From the NCBI GenBank assembly GCA_947164155.1, contig CAMUVS010000001.1:44499-108498 (forward strand): a DNA stretch of 64,000 nt. The letters are read 5' to 3'. Shown piece by piece: positions 31,922-41,909 of this stretch. The stretch comes from an uncultured Bacillales bacterium (lineage in GTDB: Bacteria > Bacillota_I > Bacilli_A > RFN20 > CAG-826). A program made the position numbers and the translations under genes. Under the pieces are notes generated by a model. That model was not told where the DNA came from and ran no database searches. It saw only the letters and a list, made by a program, of their open reading frames with translations. Position 1 is the stretch's first letter, and every line of letters starts with the position of its first letter.

Positions 31922-33313
31922 TTACTTTAATTTTGTTTCTAATTCTTCAATTGCTTCTTGTAGTTGCTTGTTAGTTTTCAACTCTTTGTCCACTTTTGAT
32001 ATTCCAGACATAACAGTTGTATGATCTTTACCTCCAAACATATCTCCAATTTTCTTTAGTGGTACATCTAAGTGTTTTCTAATTAAATACATCGATATAT
32101 GTCTCGCTAATGCTATCTGTCCGGTTCTAACCTTCCCTGTAATATCGCTTGGAGAAATATTGTAATAGTCTGCAACAACGTTAATTATCTTTTGTTCACT
32201 TAATTGAGCGGCGATATTTTTACCACCTCTAATTGAGCCAACTGCCTTAATGGCAACATCCATTGTGATTCTTTCTTCATCAGATAAATCGATACAGCTG
32301 AAGAAAATATTTTTAACCGCTCCTTCAAGATCTCTCACATTGCTTGAGTATTTTTCCGCTAAAAATAAGAGGACATTTGCGTCGAATTTCTCTACATCCA
32401 TCCCGTAAGTAGTGATTTTTTGTTTTAAGATTTCGACACTTGTATCAATATCAGGCTCTCCGATTTTAACAGTTAATCCTTGAGAGAATCTGGTAATCAA
32501 TCTTTCTTCCAATCCTTTTAATTCACTTGGTTGTTTATCAGAAGTAATGATGATTTGTTTTCCACGATTAATGAGGTCTTGGTAGATAGAGAAAAACATC
32601 TCTGCTGTTTTAACCTTCCCTGCCATTATTTGAACATCGTCCAAAAGTAAAACATCAACAGTTTTAAAGAAGGATTTCATCGACTGAGATTCCTTCTCAC
32701 CTCTTACAAATCTAATGTATTCTTCAACAAAATCATCGGTGTTGATATAAATGATTTTTGCGTTAGGCATTCTACCTTTTTTAATTTCGTTACCAATTGC
32801 ATGAAGCAAATGTGTCTTACCTAAGCCTGAATGAGAATATATAAATAAAGGATTAAATAAAGATCCTCCGTTTTTAGCAACGTATAGAGCAGCCTTGTGT
32901 GCTTCTTTATTGCAATCCCCCACAACAAAAGTATCAAAAGTTAATTCTGGCTTAAGAGCAGAGTCTTTAAAAAATACTGGTTGATCATCTTCTTGAACAG
33001 CAACCTTTTGGTTAGATTTGCTTGAATCATGTTTTTTATTTGATTGTAATTCATCCTCGGTTACGATTCGAATTGTGTAGATATCATCTTCAAATTCTGA
33101 GATTGTGTCTAAGATTAAATCAGTGTGTTTGTTTTTTAATTCAGCTTTAGCGACTGTACTTTGGGCAACAATAATCAAAGTATCACCATCTCTACTATCG
33201 ATATATGAATTAGCAAAGAAGTAATCAAATGTCCATTTGTTATCGATTTTTGATTTAATGCTTTTCAGGACGTTGTCCCATAATTTTGTCATCTCAGATA
33301 ATGTTGTAACCAT
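31922..33313 (-). CDS. dnaA: Chromosomal replication initiator DnaA
   Basis: 463 aa. It has an AAA+ Walker A motif (GLGKTHLLHAIGNE), sensor motifs and the C-terminal DnaA-box-binding domain (…TTVMSGISKV…). Confidence 0.95.
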   Translation of the reverse strand: MVTTLSEMTKLWDNVLKSIKSKIDNKWTFDYFFANSYIDSRDGDTLIIVAQSTVAKAELKNKHTDLILDTISEFEDDIYTIRIVTEDELQSNKKHDSSKSNQKVAVQEDDQPVFFKDSALKPELTFDTFVVGDCNKEAHKAALYVAKNGGSLFNPLFIYSHSGLGKTHLLHAIGNEIKKGRMPNAKIIYINTDDFVEEYIRFVRGEKESQSMKSFFKTVDVLLLDDVQIMAGKVKTAEMFFSIYQDLINRGKQIIITSDKQPSELKGLEERLITRFSQGLTVKIGEPDIDTSVEILKQKITTYGMDVEKFDANVLLFLAEKYSSNVRDLEGAVKNIFFSCIDLSDEERITMDVAIKAVGSIRGGKNIAAQLSEQKIINVVADYYNISPSDITGKVRTGQIALARHISMYLIRKHLDVPLKKIGDMFGGKDHTTVMSGISKVDKELKTNKQLQEAIEELETKLK

Positions 33314-33379
33314 AAAATAAATTCCTTAATTTTCGTTATTAAATTATAGATGAAAGCCCTCTAGATTTTAATAATAAAA

Positions 33380-33790
33380 TCGAGAAAAAAAGTTTTCCAC
33401 AATCCACAAAAATCAAATAGGCTTCATTAAATCAAGAAAAATAAGTTGTTATCCAGTTTTCCACATTTTTTCGATGTGGATAAAAAGTGGATTTTTGGTG
33501 AAAAATGTGAATAAATGTGGATTGATTTTTATGTAGTTTAATAGAACTTATATGAATAAGCTATGCTTATTCTTATTACACTACAATTATAAATTTGAGC
33601 ATTAAATTTTGTGTGGAAAATAAAAAAATGAGGATTGTGGATTATTTTTTGTTGATTCGATAAAAAAACACTTTGGATAACTGTGTGGAAAAATCAAATC
33701 CAATAATTGTGTATTTTCTTTTTTACTTTAATAAAAAACCATAATCCTTTGACTTTGATTTATAAATACATTTATAATCTATACTGCGTA
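33380..33790. promoter_or_regulatory. oriC: a DnaA-box cluster plus an AT-rich unwinding region between dnaA and rpmH
   Basis: At least 9 DnaA-box 9-mers match the consensus at 7/9 or better. They include a perfect TGTGGATAA at 33475-33483, TTTTCCACA at 33393 and 33457, TGTGAATAA at 33506, TGTGGATTA at 33636 and TGTGGAAAA at 33612 and 33684. AT-rich tracts precede rpmH. Confidence 0.7.
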
Positions 33791-33809
33791 AATTTTGGAG
33801 GAAACGTAT

Positions 33810-33944
33810 ATGAAAAGAACTTATCAACCAAGTAAAGTAAAACACTCTCACAAGGCTGGATTCAGAGCAAGAATGAAATCCGCTAACGGACGTAAAGTCT
33901 TAGCCAGAAGAAGAGCAAAAGGACGTAAACAATTAACTGCTTAA
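33810..33944 (+). CDS. rpmH: 50S ribosomal protein L34
   Basis: 44 aa ([44 protein letters not shown]). A GGAGG RBS lies 8 nt upstream. It is below the ORF-track length cutoff. Confidence 0.92.
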   Translation: MKRTYQPSKVKHSHKAGFRARMKSANGRKVLARRRAKGRKQLTA

Positions 33945-33962
33945 TTTTTCATTGGAGAAAAA

Positions 33963-34298
33963 ATGAAAGTTATTAACCGTATCAAAGATAGTCAAGAATT
34001 TGTGTTTACGGTTAGAAAAGGTCATGTCCTTAAACACAATCCCTTTTTAATTCATTACATTAATAATGATAAGAATGTTTGCCGCATAGGGATCAGTGTT
34101 AGTAAGAAAATCGGCAATGCCGTAACAAGAAATCGTGTCAAAAGGCAAACTCGAGCTATGTGTGACTCGCTCGTAGAATATACTTCTCACACATTCGATA
34201 TTGTTATTATCATTAAAGCTGACTTTTTAGATAACTCTTTTGATGATAACAAGAACATTCTCAATAATTTATTGAGTAAGATAGGAATTACTAAATGA
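33963..34298 (+). CDS. rnpA: Ribonuclease P protein component
   Basis: 111 aa with the RNase P protein fold signature (…FVFTVRKGHVLKHNPFLIHY…, the KKIGNAVTRNRVKR basic helix). It follows rpmH and ends with TGA, overlapping the yidC ATG. Confidence 0.9.
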   Translation: MKVINRIKDSQEFVFTVRKGHVLKHNPFLIHYINNDKNVCRIGISVSKKIGNAVTRNRVKRQTRAMCDSLVEYTSHTFDIVIIIKADFLDNSFDDNKNILNNLLSKIGITK

Positions 34299-35920
34299 AA
34301 AGAAGAACAAAATTAGGACTCGCTTTAGTCGCAACTGGCTTTGGCGTTGCTGCTTTAAGTAGTTGTACTGCTTCTTTCTGTTCAGGAATTGATGTTTCTA
34401 GAATGAAATATGCCTTTGAACCAGGCATTATCCGTATCGAGAAAAGTGATGTTTCAACCGATAAAATTGTGTTCCATGGTCAAACTAATGATTACACAAT
34501 TGAAGGAGCAAAACTTGTCACTGCAGAATGGGTTCCAGCTGGAAACGATATGCATGTTGGAAACTTTGTTTTTGATAAAGACGGAGAGAACAAGAAAGAA
34601 CTTACTTTTTTAAACGGCATTATCAAATCTGCAAGAGATTCTGGTGTTAAAACTATTGATGATTCAACAGTGGAATATATGCAAAGATTTGATTTCTTAG
34701 CGTTGAACACTATTTTTGGTAAAGTCGCTGATCTCGCTAATAATTCCCTCACTTATAAATATGATGAAGATTTAGGGAAAGCTACTGTCGATCGTGATTT
34801 ATCTTATTATAGCTATTTAAGATTCTTCTCTGGTGGCGCTGATGGATTAGACAACTGGAATAGTTTTGATAAAGCTGCTAGATCGGAAGTTGACCCAGCT
34901 TCTCCATTAGGAGAATATATTACTAATTATTCTATTGGATCCTTTGATGTATTATCACCAGATAAGTGTCCAAGTAGTGATTTTATTAAAGGGTATCACA
35001 ATCAACTTAATTCTTGGGCTGCTACATTTAGAACTTGTTTAACAACAAAAACAGATAAATATGGCTCTTATGGATATAGCGCTGATGGTATTTACATCGA
35101 TCAAAAAACCTGGGGAGATGCCTGGAGTAGAGGATTCTTTGAAGGCTTACTTGTCTATCCAATTGGATGGTTAGTCGATAGTATTGTTCTAGGATTCCGT
35201 GGAACAGGGGCTAGTGCCGGATTAAGTGCTTTCTTAGGCATTATGTTTGTTACATTTATCATCCGTGCAATTATGCTTCTTGCAACTTGGAAACAAACCA
35301 CATCTAACGCCAAAATGACAGAACTCCAACCTGAAATTACTAAGATTCAAAACAAATATCCAAACTCAAATACATCTAAATCGGAAAAAGCTCGTATGGC
35401 GCAGGAAATGCAAGCGTTATATAAGAAAAACCATATCAATCCATTTATTACAATCATTGTAATGGTGATTCAATTCCCTATCTTTATCTGTGTTTGGGGT
35501 GCATTAAGCGGTTCGTCTGTTTTGACTCATGGAACTTTCTTGGGCCTTAACTTATCTATGACTATTAAGGATGCTTTATTTACTGGAGCTAACTGGTCCG
35601 CTGCTGGCGGATACGCTGCAGTTACTGCCTTATTCTTATTCTTATTCATGGCGGCAGCGCAAACCGTGAGTATGCTTTTACCACAATGGATTCAAAAGAA
35701 AAAAGCAAAGAAAGTTGCTAAACTTGGTAAGAACCCTGCACAAAAACAACAAAACAATCGTATGAAATGGTTCACATACATTATGCTCGCATTAATTATC
35801 TTTATGGGCTTCTCACTTGTTAGTGCTATGGGTCTATATTGGTTTGTTGGTGCTATTTTCTCAATTGTGCAAACAGTTGTTATTCAAATTATCAGCGAAA
35901 GAAAAGCTGCTAGAAAATAA
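34295..35920 (+). CDS. yidC: Membrane protein insertase YidC/Oxa1 family, lipoprotein type
   Basis: 541 aa. It has a lipobox signal (…AALSSC), a large extracellular N-domain and a C-terminal YidC 5-TM core (…KKNHINPFITIIVMVIQFPIF…). Position after rnpA is canonical. Confidence 0.85.
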   Translation: MKRRTKLGLALVATGFGVAALSSCTASFCSGIDVSRMKYAFEPGIIRIEKSDVSTDKIVFHGQTNDYTIEGAKLVTAEWVPAGNDMHVGNFVFDKDGENKKELTFLNGIIKSARDSGVKTIDDSTVEYMQRFDFLALNTIFGKVADLANNSLTYKYDEDLGKATVDRDLSYYSYLRFFSGGADGLDNWNSFDKAARSEVDPASPLGEYITNYSIGSFDVLSPDKCPSSDFIKGYHNQLNSWAATFRTCLTTKTDKYGSYGYSADGIYIDQKTWGDAWSRGFFEGLLVYPIGWLVDSIVLGFRGTGASAGLSAFLGIMFVTFIIRAIMLLATWKQTTSNAKMTELQPEITKIQNKYPNSNTSKSEKARMAQEMQALYKKNHINPFITIIVMVIQFPIFICVWGALSGSSVLTHGTFLGLNLSMTIKDALFTGANWSAAGGYAAVTALFLFLFMAAAQTVSMLLPQWIQKKKAKKVAKLGKNPAQKQQNNRMKWFTYIMLALIIFMGFSLVSAMGLYWFVGAIFSIVQTVVIQIISERKAARK

Positions 35921-35935
35921 TCGAGGATTATTAAA

Positions 35936-36535
35936 ATGGAAATTTATACTGGAAAAACTGTAGAAGAAGCATTACAAAAAGCTTCTGAAGAATTAAACAA
36001 ACCTGTCTCTGAACTTATCTATTTAGATACAGGTAAAAAATCTGGACTTTTCTCAAAAAAAGTTCAAGTTGAAGTCTACGATTTATCAGATATCGTAAGA
36101 TATGCTGAAGACTATTTATTAAATGCTACTGATGCCTTAGGAATTGAAAGCTCAGTTAAAACAAAATTAGATGATGATGTGATTCACATCACTCTTGATA
36201 GCACACATAATCCAATTTTAATTGGTAAAAATGGTGTTACTCTTCAAGCTCTTAACGAATTAGTGAAACTTGCGACAAACAATCACTTTCATAAGAGATT
36301 TAGAATCTTATTAGACATTAACGGCTACAAAGATAATAAATATTCTCGTTTAGAAAGACTTGCTAGAAAAGTCGCTAAAGATGTCCAAAAAACAAAGACT
36401 ACTTATACCTTCGATCCAATGCCAGCGGATGAAAGAAGAGCAATCCATAACGCATTAAATGGATGGCATAATATTAAAACTGAATCCACAGGCGAAGGTA
36501 CACATCGTCAAGTACAAATCATCTACGTTGAATAA
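35936..36535 (+). CDS. khpB: Jag/KhpB RNA-binding protein (Jag-N, KH and R3H domains)
   Basis: 199 aa with a C-terminal R3H domain (…ERRAIHNALNGWHNIKTESTGEG…). Position after yidC is conserved. Confidence 0.8.
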   Translation: MEIYTGKTVEEALQKASEELNKPVSELIYLDTGKKSGLFSKKVQVEVYDLSDIVRYAEDYLLNATDALGIESSVKTKLDDDVIHITLDSTHNPILIGKNGVTLQALNELVKLATNNHFHKRFRILLDINGYKDNKYSRLERLARKVAKDVQKTKTTYTFDPMPADERRAIHNALNGWHNIKTESTGEGTHRQVQIIYVE

Positions 36536-36571
36536 TTATTAGCACCCTTTGGGTGCTTTTAAGATTAAATT

Positions 36572-37897
36572 ATGGAAACAATTGTTGCTTTAGCTACCGC
36601 TCCTATTAAAAGTGCTTTAGCCATCATTAGAGTATCTGGTGATGACGCTTTTGAACTTGTTTCAAAGTGTTTCTCTAAAGATATTAGAAAAATAAAAGAA
36701 AGAACTCTTCTATTCGGTAATATTGTTGATGATAACAAAGTTATAGATGAAGTGGTTTTAGCAATTTATAAAGGACCTAAATCTTTTACTGGAGAAGATC
36801 TAGTAGAGATTATGTGTCACGGCTCAATGCTTATTGCTAATGAAATAATTGAATTATTACTCTCTAAAGGCGCTAGATACGCCACTAATGGAGAATATTC
36901 TTCTAGAGCGTTCTTAAATGGAAGAATTGACTTAATCCAAGCTGAAGCAATTAATGATGTGATTAATGCATCAAGCAAAGAAGCAAAAGAATTATCTATT
37001 CTTTCCTTAAAAGGAAAAACTAGTGAATTAATCTTACCAATTAAGAAAAGAATCGCTGATGTTTTATCTTTAATTGAAGTTAATATTGATTATCCAGAAT
37101 ATGAAGATATTGAAGTCGCTAACAAAGGCCATGTTATTTCTTTAGTAGATGAACTAGTTCCTCAAATTAACTCTTTAGTGGAATCTGGAGAAAAAGGATT
37201 AATTATTAAAGAAGGAATTAAAGTAGCTTTAGTAGGTAAACCTAATGTTGGTAAATCATCCTTATTAAATGCTTTATTAGGTGAATCTAAAGCGATAGTT
37301 ACTGATATAGCGGGCACCACTAGAGATGTAGTGGAAGGTGAAATAAATTTAAATGGAGTTATACTCCACTTATTAGACACTGCAGGTATTAGAGAATCTA
37401 GTGACCAAGTAGAATCTATAGGAGTTAATAAATCTAAAGAGGCAATCGCTAAAGCCGATTTGGTAATAGTGTTATTAGATGCTTCTAAAGAATTAGATAA
37501 GCAAGATAAAGATATCTTAGAATTAGTTAAAGATATTCCTCACGTCATTGTTTATAACAAAGCAGATAAATTAGTCTCTAAAGACAACGATAAACTCTAT
37601 ATATCCGCGTTAAATAATGACATCAATCCTCTTAAAGAAGAAATTTATAAGGCTCTTGGAATTAAAGAAGAAGCTTTTAGAACACCTTCTTTAAATAATG
37701 TTAGACAATTAGGTTTATTAAAAGTTACAAAAGAGGCTTTATTAAAGGCTAAAGAAGACGCTGAAAACGATTTATCTATTGATCTAGTTAGTGTCTCTTT
37801 AATGGACGCTTATAACGCGATATTAGAGATTTTAGGAGAATATAAACAAACAGATATTTCTAAAGAAATATTCTCTAGATTTTGTGTTGGTAAATAA
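36572..37897 (+). CDS. mnmE: tRNA modification GTPase MnmE
   Basis: 441 aa. It has the N-terminal TIVALATAP motif, a G-domain (GKPNVGKSSLLN, DTAGIR) and the C-terminal CVGK. Confidence 0.9.
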   Translation: METIVALATAPIKSALAIIRVSGDDAFELVSKCFSKDIRKIKERTLLFGNIVDDNKVIDEVVLAIYKGPKSFTGEDLVEIMCHGSMLIANEIIELLLSKGARYATNGEYSSRAFLNGRIDLIQAEAINDVINASSKEAKELSILSLKGKTSELILPIKKRIADVLSLIEVNIDYPEYEDIEVANKGHVISLVDELVPQINSLVESGEKGLIIKEGIKVALVGKPNVGKSSLLNALLGESKAIVTDIAGTTRDVVEGEINLNGVILHLLDTAGIRESSDQVESIGVNKSKEAIAKADLVIVLLDASKELDKQDKDILELVKDIPHVIVYNKADKLVSKDNDKLYISALNNDINPLKEEIYKALGIKEEAFRTPSLNNVRQLGLLKVTKEALLKAKEDAENDLSIDLVSVSLMDAYNAILEILGEYKQTDISKEIFSRFCVGK

Positions 37898-37899
37898 TT

Positions 37900-38673
37900 A
37901 TGATGTTTGATTCTCATTGTCATTTAAATGATGAGGCTTTATATCCTCGAATTGATGAAGTGATCGACGCCGCTAAAAAAACAGGTGTCAGTAAGTTTTT
38001 AGTAGTGGGCTATAACAAAGAATCTAGTGAACTCGCAGTTAAGATTGCTAGTAAATATGAAGAATGTTACGCTGCAATCGGATTTCATCCTTGCGATATA
38101 TTTGATATTAGTGAAGAAGATTTTCTTTCTACTATGAATTTAATATCCAATAAAAAAGTAGTGGCGATTGGAGAAATTGGTCTTGATTACCACTGGGAAA
38201 AAGAAGAATCTAGAAGAAACCTTCAAAAGGAATACTTTATTAGACAAATAGAATTCGCTAATGAACATCACTTGCCTATTTCTATTCATAATCGCGAATC
38301 TAATGAAGATTGCTTAAATATATTAAAAGAACATAAACCTCTATATGGAGGAGTGATGCATTGTTATTCCGGAAGTGTAGAGATGCTTAAAACTGTTTTA
38401 GATTTAGGGTTAATGATTTCTTTAGGTGGACCGGTAACATTTACAAACGCTAAAACTCCAAAAGAAGTTGCAGAAGTCGTGCCACTAGAAAAATTATTAA
38501 TAGAAACAGACTGCCCATATTTAACTCCTCATCCACATAGAGGAGAAAAAAATGAACCAAAGTTTATTTGCCTTGTAAGCGAAGAAATTGCAAGATTAAA
38601 AGATATTTCTAAGAAGCATGTCGATCAAGTTACTTATGAGAATGCTTGTCGATTATTTAATATTCATGAATAA
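37900..38673 (+). CDS. tatD: TatD family metal-dependent DNase/hydrolase
   Basis: 257 aa with the DSHCHL N-terminus and conserved His/Glu/Asp ligands of the TatD TIM barrel. Confidence 0.85.
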   Translation: MMFDSHCHLNDEALYPRIDEVIDAAKKTGVSKFLVVGYNKESSELAVKIASKYEECYAAIGFHPCDIFDISEEDFLSTMNLISNKKVVAIGEIGLDYHWEKEESRRNLQKEYFIRQIEFANEHHLPISIHNRESNEDCLNILKEHKPLYGGVMHCYSGSVEMLKTVLDLGLMISLGGPVTFTNAKTPKEVAEVVPLEKLLIETDCPYLTPHPHRGEKNEPKFICLVSEEIARLKDISKKHVDQVTYENACRLFNIHE

Positions 38674-39205
38674 GTATTATTTAGATGGTGTTTTAGTGGT
38701 TGAAGGTAAAAGCGATGTAAGTTATTTATCTTCTTTTATAAAAGCTCATTATTTTATCACTAATGGCTATGATCTGACTGAACAAAAATTAGACTTTTTA
38801 TCTAGAGTTAGCAAAAGAAGAAAAGTGATTGTGATGACCGATAATGATAAAGCAGGAGAAGACATTGCTAACAAGATTAAAAATAAAATTAACGGGGTAT
38901 TTGAAGTAAAAAGTGCAAAAATTCCACGTAAATCATATAAAAAATGCGGTGTTGCTGAAACTGAGTACTCTGCTATTGTTGAAGCTTTAAAAGAACATCT
39001 AGTCGACTATAAAAAAGAGCTTGATGTGAAACCGATTTATGAACTTAACTCTATTATCGCGTTAAGCGAAAATCCTGAGATTATGAAGAATCGTATTATT
39101 AACGATTATGGGTTAATTTATGGAACGACCAAATATTTGGAAAATCAGTTAAAAATGCTTGGAGTAAAACCTAACGAAATTATTGAAAAATATGGAAATA
39201 AATAG
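38666..39205 (+). CDS. rnmV: Ribonuclease M5 (Toprim domain, 5S rRNA maturase)
   Basis: The Toprim motif (VLVVEGKSD …MTDNDKAGE) is present. The start is trimmed to the ATG at 38666 (MNKYYLDGV...), which overlaps the tatD end. Confidence 0.75.
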   Translation: MNKYYLDGVLVVEGKSDVSYLSSFIKAHYFITNGYDLTEQKLDFLSRVSKRRKVIVMTDNDKAGEDIANKIKNKINGVFEVKSAKIPRKSYKKCGVAETEYSAIVEALKEHLVDYKKELDVKPIYELNSIIALSENPEIMKNRIINDYGLIYGTTKYLENQLKMLGVKPNEIIEKYGNK

Positions 39206-39995
39206 ATCGAATATTTTTGAAATTTTAAGGAATACTGATATTCGTCCAGATAAGGATTATGGACAGAATTTTTTACTTGAACCTGAGATAGCAAATTCGA
39301 TTGTTGAACTCGCTGATATTCATGAATCTGACTATGTATTAGAAATTGGACCTGGCTTAGGAAGTTTAACTCATTTTATCGATATGAAAAATGCTCATTT
39401 CAGTGTTTGTGATATCGATTATCGAATGATTGATTTCTTAAAAATTTTCTATAAAGACCAAATTATCTATATCAATGATGATATCCGCAAGGTTGATGTC
39501 TCTAGTTATGACAAAATTATTGGTAATCTTCCTTATAACATCACCACCGAATTGGTGGAGTATTTACTTTTAAATGCCACAAAAGCCAAAAAGATGGTGC
39601 TCATGATTCAATTAGAAGCTTTTAATCGATTCTATGATTTAAGTGGTGAGAATTATGGGGCGATATCTATTTTAACTAGATTAATGTGTGATGTTGAAAA
39701 ACATTTCGTGGTTAAACCAGGAAGTTTTCATCCTGTTCCTAAATGTAAATCAGTGGTTTTTACATTAACTAGAAAACATGACTATAACGAAGAAGATATT
39801 TTCGGGACATATAAACTTGCTAAGTCTTTATTTCTAAACAGAAGAAAGACAATCTATAACAATTTAAAGAATTATCTAGGAGACGCTAGTAAGGCTAGTG
39901 AATTATTATCTAAATTAAATTTAGATCTTAATTTACGTCCAGAAAACATCAAACCAGAAATATATTTTAGAATGTATCAAGTGATACAAAAGTAG
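39183..39995 (+). CDS. rsmA: 16S rRNA (adenine1518/1519-N6)-dimethyltransferase
   Basis: 270 aa with the QNFL motif, the SAM-binding EIGPGLGSLT motif and the NLPYNI motif. Confidence 0.9.
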   Translation: MKNMEINRSNIFEILRNTDIRPDKDYGQNFLLEPEIANSIVELADIHESDYVLEIGPGLGSLTHFIDMKNAHFSVCDIDYRMIDFLKIFYKDQIIYINDDIRKVDVSSYDKIIGNLPYNITTELVEYLLLNATKAKKMVLMIQLEAFNRFYDLSGENYGAISILTRLMCDVEKHFVVKPGSFHPVPKCKSVVFTLTRKHDYNEEDIFGTYKLAKSLFLNRRKTIYNNLKNYLGDASKASELLSKLNLDLNLRPENIKPEIYFRMYQVIQK

Positions 39996-40016
39996 ATATA
40001 ATATAGGTGAACTAAT

Positions 40017-40874
40017 ATGAGTACTAGAAGTGTTAAAAGTTACGCAAAAATCAATATTTCTTTACGTGTAGTGAAGAAAAGAGAAGATGGCTATCACGAA
40101 TTAGATTCAGTGATGGTGCCTATTGAATTACATGACTCAATTATTATTTCCACTTTAAAGAATAGTGGTGATAATTTCGTTACTATTGATGATTTCTCTA
40201 ATGGACTTGTCCATTATAATCTCGCTACAGAAGGAATTAATGCGTTAGCGAATAAATATGGATTCTCCACTAAGTTTAGAGTCTATATTCATAAAGTCAT
40301 TCCAATGCAAGCCGGATTAGGCGGAGGTAGTAGTAACGCTGCCTTTACTATGAAAGCAGTTAATCAAATGTTAAAACTTAACGCTAGCGATGAAGAATTA
40401 ATCGATATGGCTAAAACATTTGGGGCGGATATTCCTTTCTTTGTAAAGTGTGTTCCTGCTAGATGCCATGGCATTGGTGAAATAATGGAACCAATTGAAA
40501 TAAAAAATAACTATTCTGTTTTAATTGTTAAACCTGCTAGTGGATGCTCCACTAAAGAAGTATTCGCCATTGCAGATAAAAAAGATTACAACTATGTTGA
40601 TATTGATAATGTTGTTAAAGCCTTAAAAGAAGGAGACGATGATTTATTAGCCGCCTCTATTGGTAATTCTTTAGAAGAAGCCGCTAGTACATTAGTCCCT
40701 GAAATTAAGCAAATTAAGGAAACACTTAAAGCTGCTGGATTTAAAATCGTGTTAATGTCTGGAAGTGGAAGTACAGTATTCGCCTTATCAACAGACTCTT
40801 CACTTGTAAAGAAAGTCGCTAAATCATTAGAAGATAAATATCTAGTCGAAGTAACTAAAGTTATTAAAAAATAA
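40017..40874 (+). CDS. ispE: 4-diphosphocytidyl-2-C-methyl-D-erythritol kinase
   Basis: 285 aa GHMP kinase with PMQAGLGGGSSNAA. It follows rsmA, as in Firmicutes. Confidence 0.85.
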   Translation: MSTRSVKSYAKINISLRVVKKREDGYHELDSVMVPIELHDSIIISTLKNSGDNFVTIDDFSNGLVHYNLATEGINALANKYGFSTKFRVYIHKVIPMQAGLGGGSSNAAFTMKAVNQMLKLNASDEELIDMAKTFGADIPFFVKCVPARCHGIGEIMEPIEIKNNYSVLIVKPASGCSTKEVFAIADKKDYNYVDIDNVVKALKEGDDDLLAASIGNSLEEAASTLVPEIKQIKETLKAAGFKIVLMSGSGSTVFALSTDSSLVKKVAKSLEDKYLVEVTKVIKK

Positions 40875-40883
40875 GGAGAAGTT

Positions 40884-41897
40884 ATGGTCGAAAAATATGT
40901 CGTTATTTTAGGAGCAGGTAGAGGCTCCCGTATGGAAAGCAGAGATCCAAATCACTCTAAAGTTGCTTATCCAATTTTAGGAAAGCCATTAATTAATTAT
41001 GTAATTGATGCTTGTAAAGCAATTAAACCAAAAGAAATATATACAGTTGTTGGCTATGGAGGAAAACATACTGAAGAATGTGTTAAAGACCATTCTAAAG
41101 TAGTGTGGCAAAAAGAAATTCTTGGCACTGGTCACGCTTTAAAACAAGTCAAAGAACTCGCCGATAAAGAGGGTGATGTTATTGTCGTAGGTGGAGATAC
41201 TCCTTTACTAACTTCAGCAACATTAAACAAGGTTTATCATAAACACCATAAAAATGGTAATGTTTTAACCATTTGTACTTCAGTACTAGAAAATCCTACT
41301 GGATATGGTCGTATCTTAAGAGAAAGAGGATCTTATCGCTTACTTGAAATTAGAGAAGATAAAGACTGTAATGAAGAAGAAGCTGAGATTAATGAAGTTA
41401 ACGCTGGTATTTATATTATTAATAATAAGTTACTTCAAGAATATCTTCCTAAATTAAGCACTAATAATGCTAAACATGAGTATTATTTATCTGAACTTGT
41501 TAAACTCTTTAGAGAACAAGGCTTACCAGTAGAAGCGTATGTATTAGAAGATGCTCAAGATATCTTCTGTGTCAGTGATAGAACTCAACTTGCTTACGCT
41601 GCTAAAGTGATTAGAAAAAGAGTAAATAAACAATTAATGCTATCTGGAGTATCTATTGAAGATCCTGATACAGCATATATTTCTCCAGAAGCAGTAGTAG
41701 GTAGAGATACAGTGATTATGCCTAACACTACTTTACTTGGAAAATGTAAGGTTGGGGAAGGATGTTATATTGGTCCAAACACTACCTTAATAGATGTTAA
41801 AGTTGGTAATGATGCTCACGTCAAATTATGTTATCTAGAGAAGATGACTGTGAAAGATGGAGAACATGTTGGACCATACTTCACAAATAGAAAATAA
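40884..41897 (+). CDS. GlmU-like sugar-1-phosphate nucleotidyltransferase with a short C-terminal left-handed beta-helix (truncated relative to bifunctional GlmU)
   Basis: 337 aa. It has an N-terminal nucleotidyltransferase (ILGAGRGSRM …VVGGDTPLL) and a C-terminal hexapeptide-repeat segment of about 90 aa. A full GlmU is about 450 aa. Confidence 0.6.
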   Translation: MVEKYVVILGAGRGSRMESRDPNHSKVAYPILGKPLINYVIDACKAIKPKEIYTVVGYGGKHTEECVKDHSKVVWQKEILGTGHALKQVKELADKEGDVIVVGGDTPLLTSATLNKVYHKHHKNGNVLTICTSVLENPTGYGRILRERGSYRLLEIREDKDCNEEEAEINEVNAGIYIINNKLLQEYLPKLSTNNAKHEYYLSELVKLFREQGLPVEAYVLEDAQDIFCVSDRTQLAYAAKVIRKRVNKQLMLSGVSIEDPDTAYISPEAVVGRDTVIMPNTTLLGKCKVGEGCYIGPNTTLIDVKVGNDAHVKLCYLEKMTVKDGEHVGPYFTNRK

Positions 41898-41909
41898 GGG
41901 GTTTGCTGC

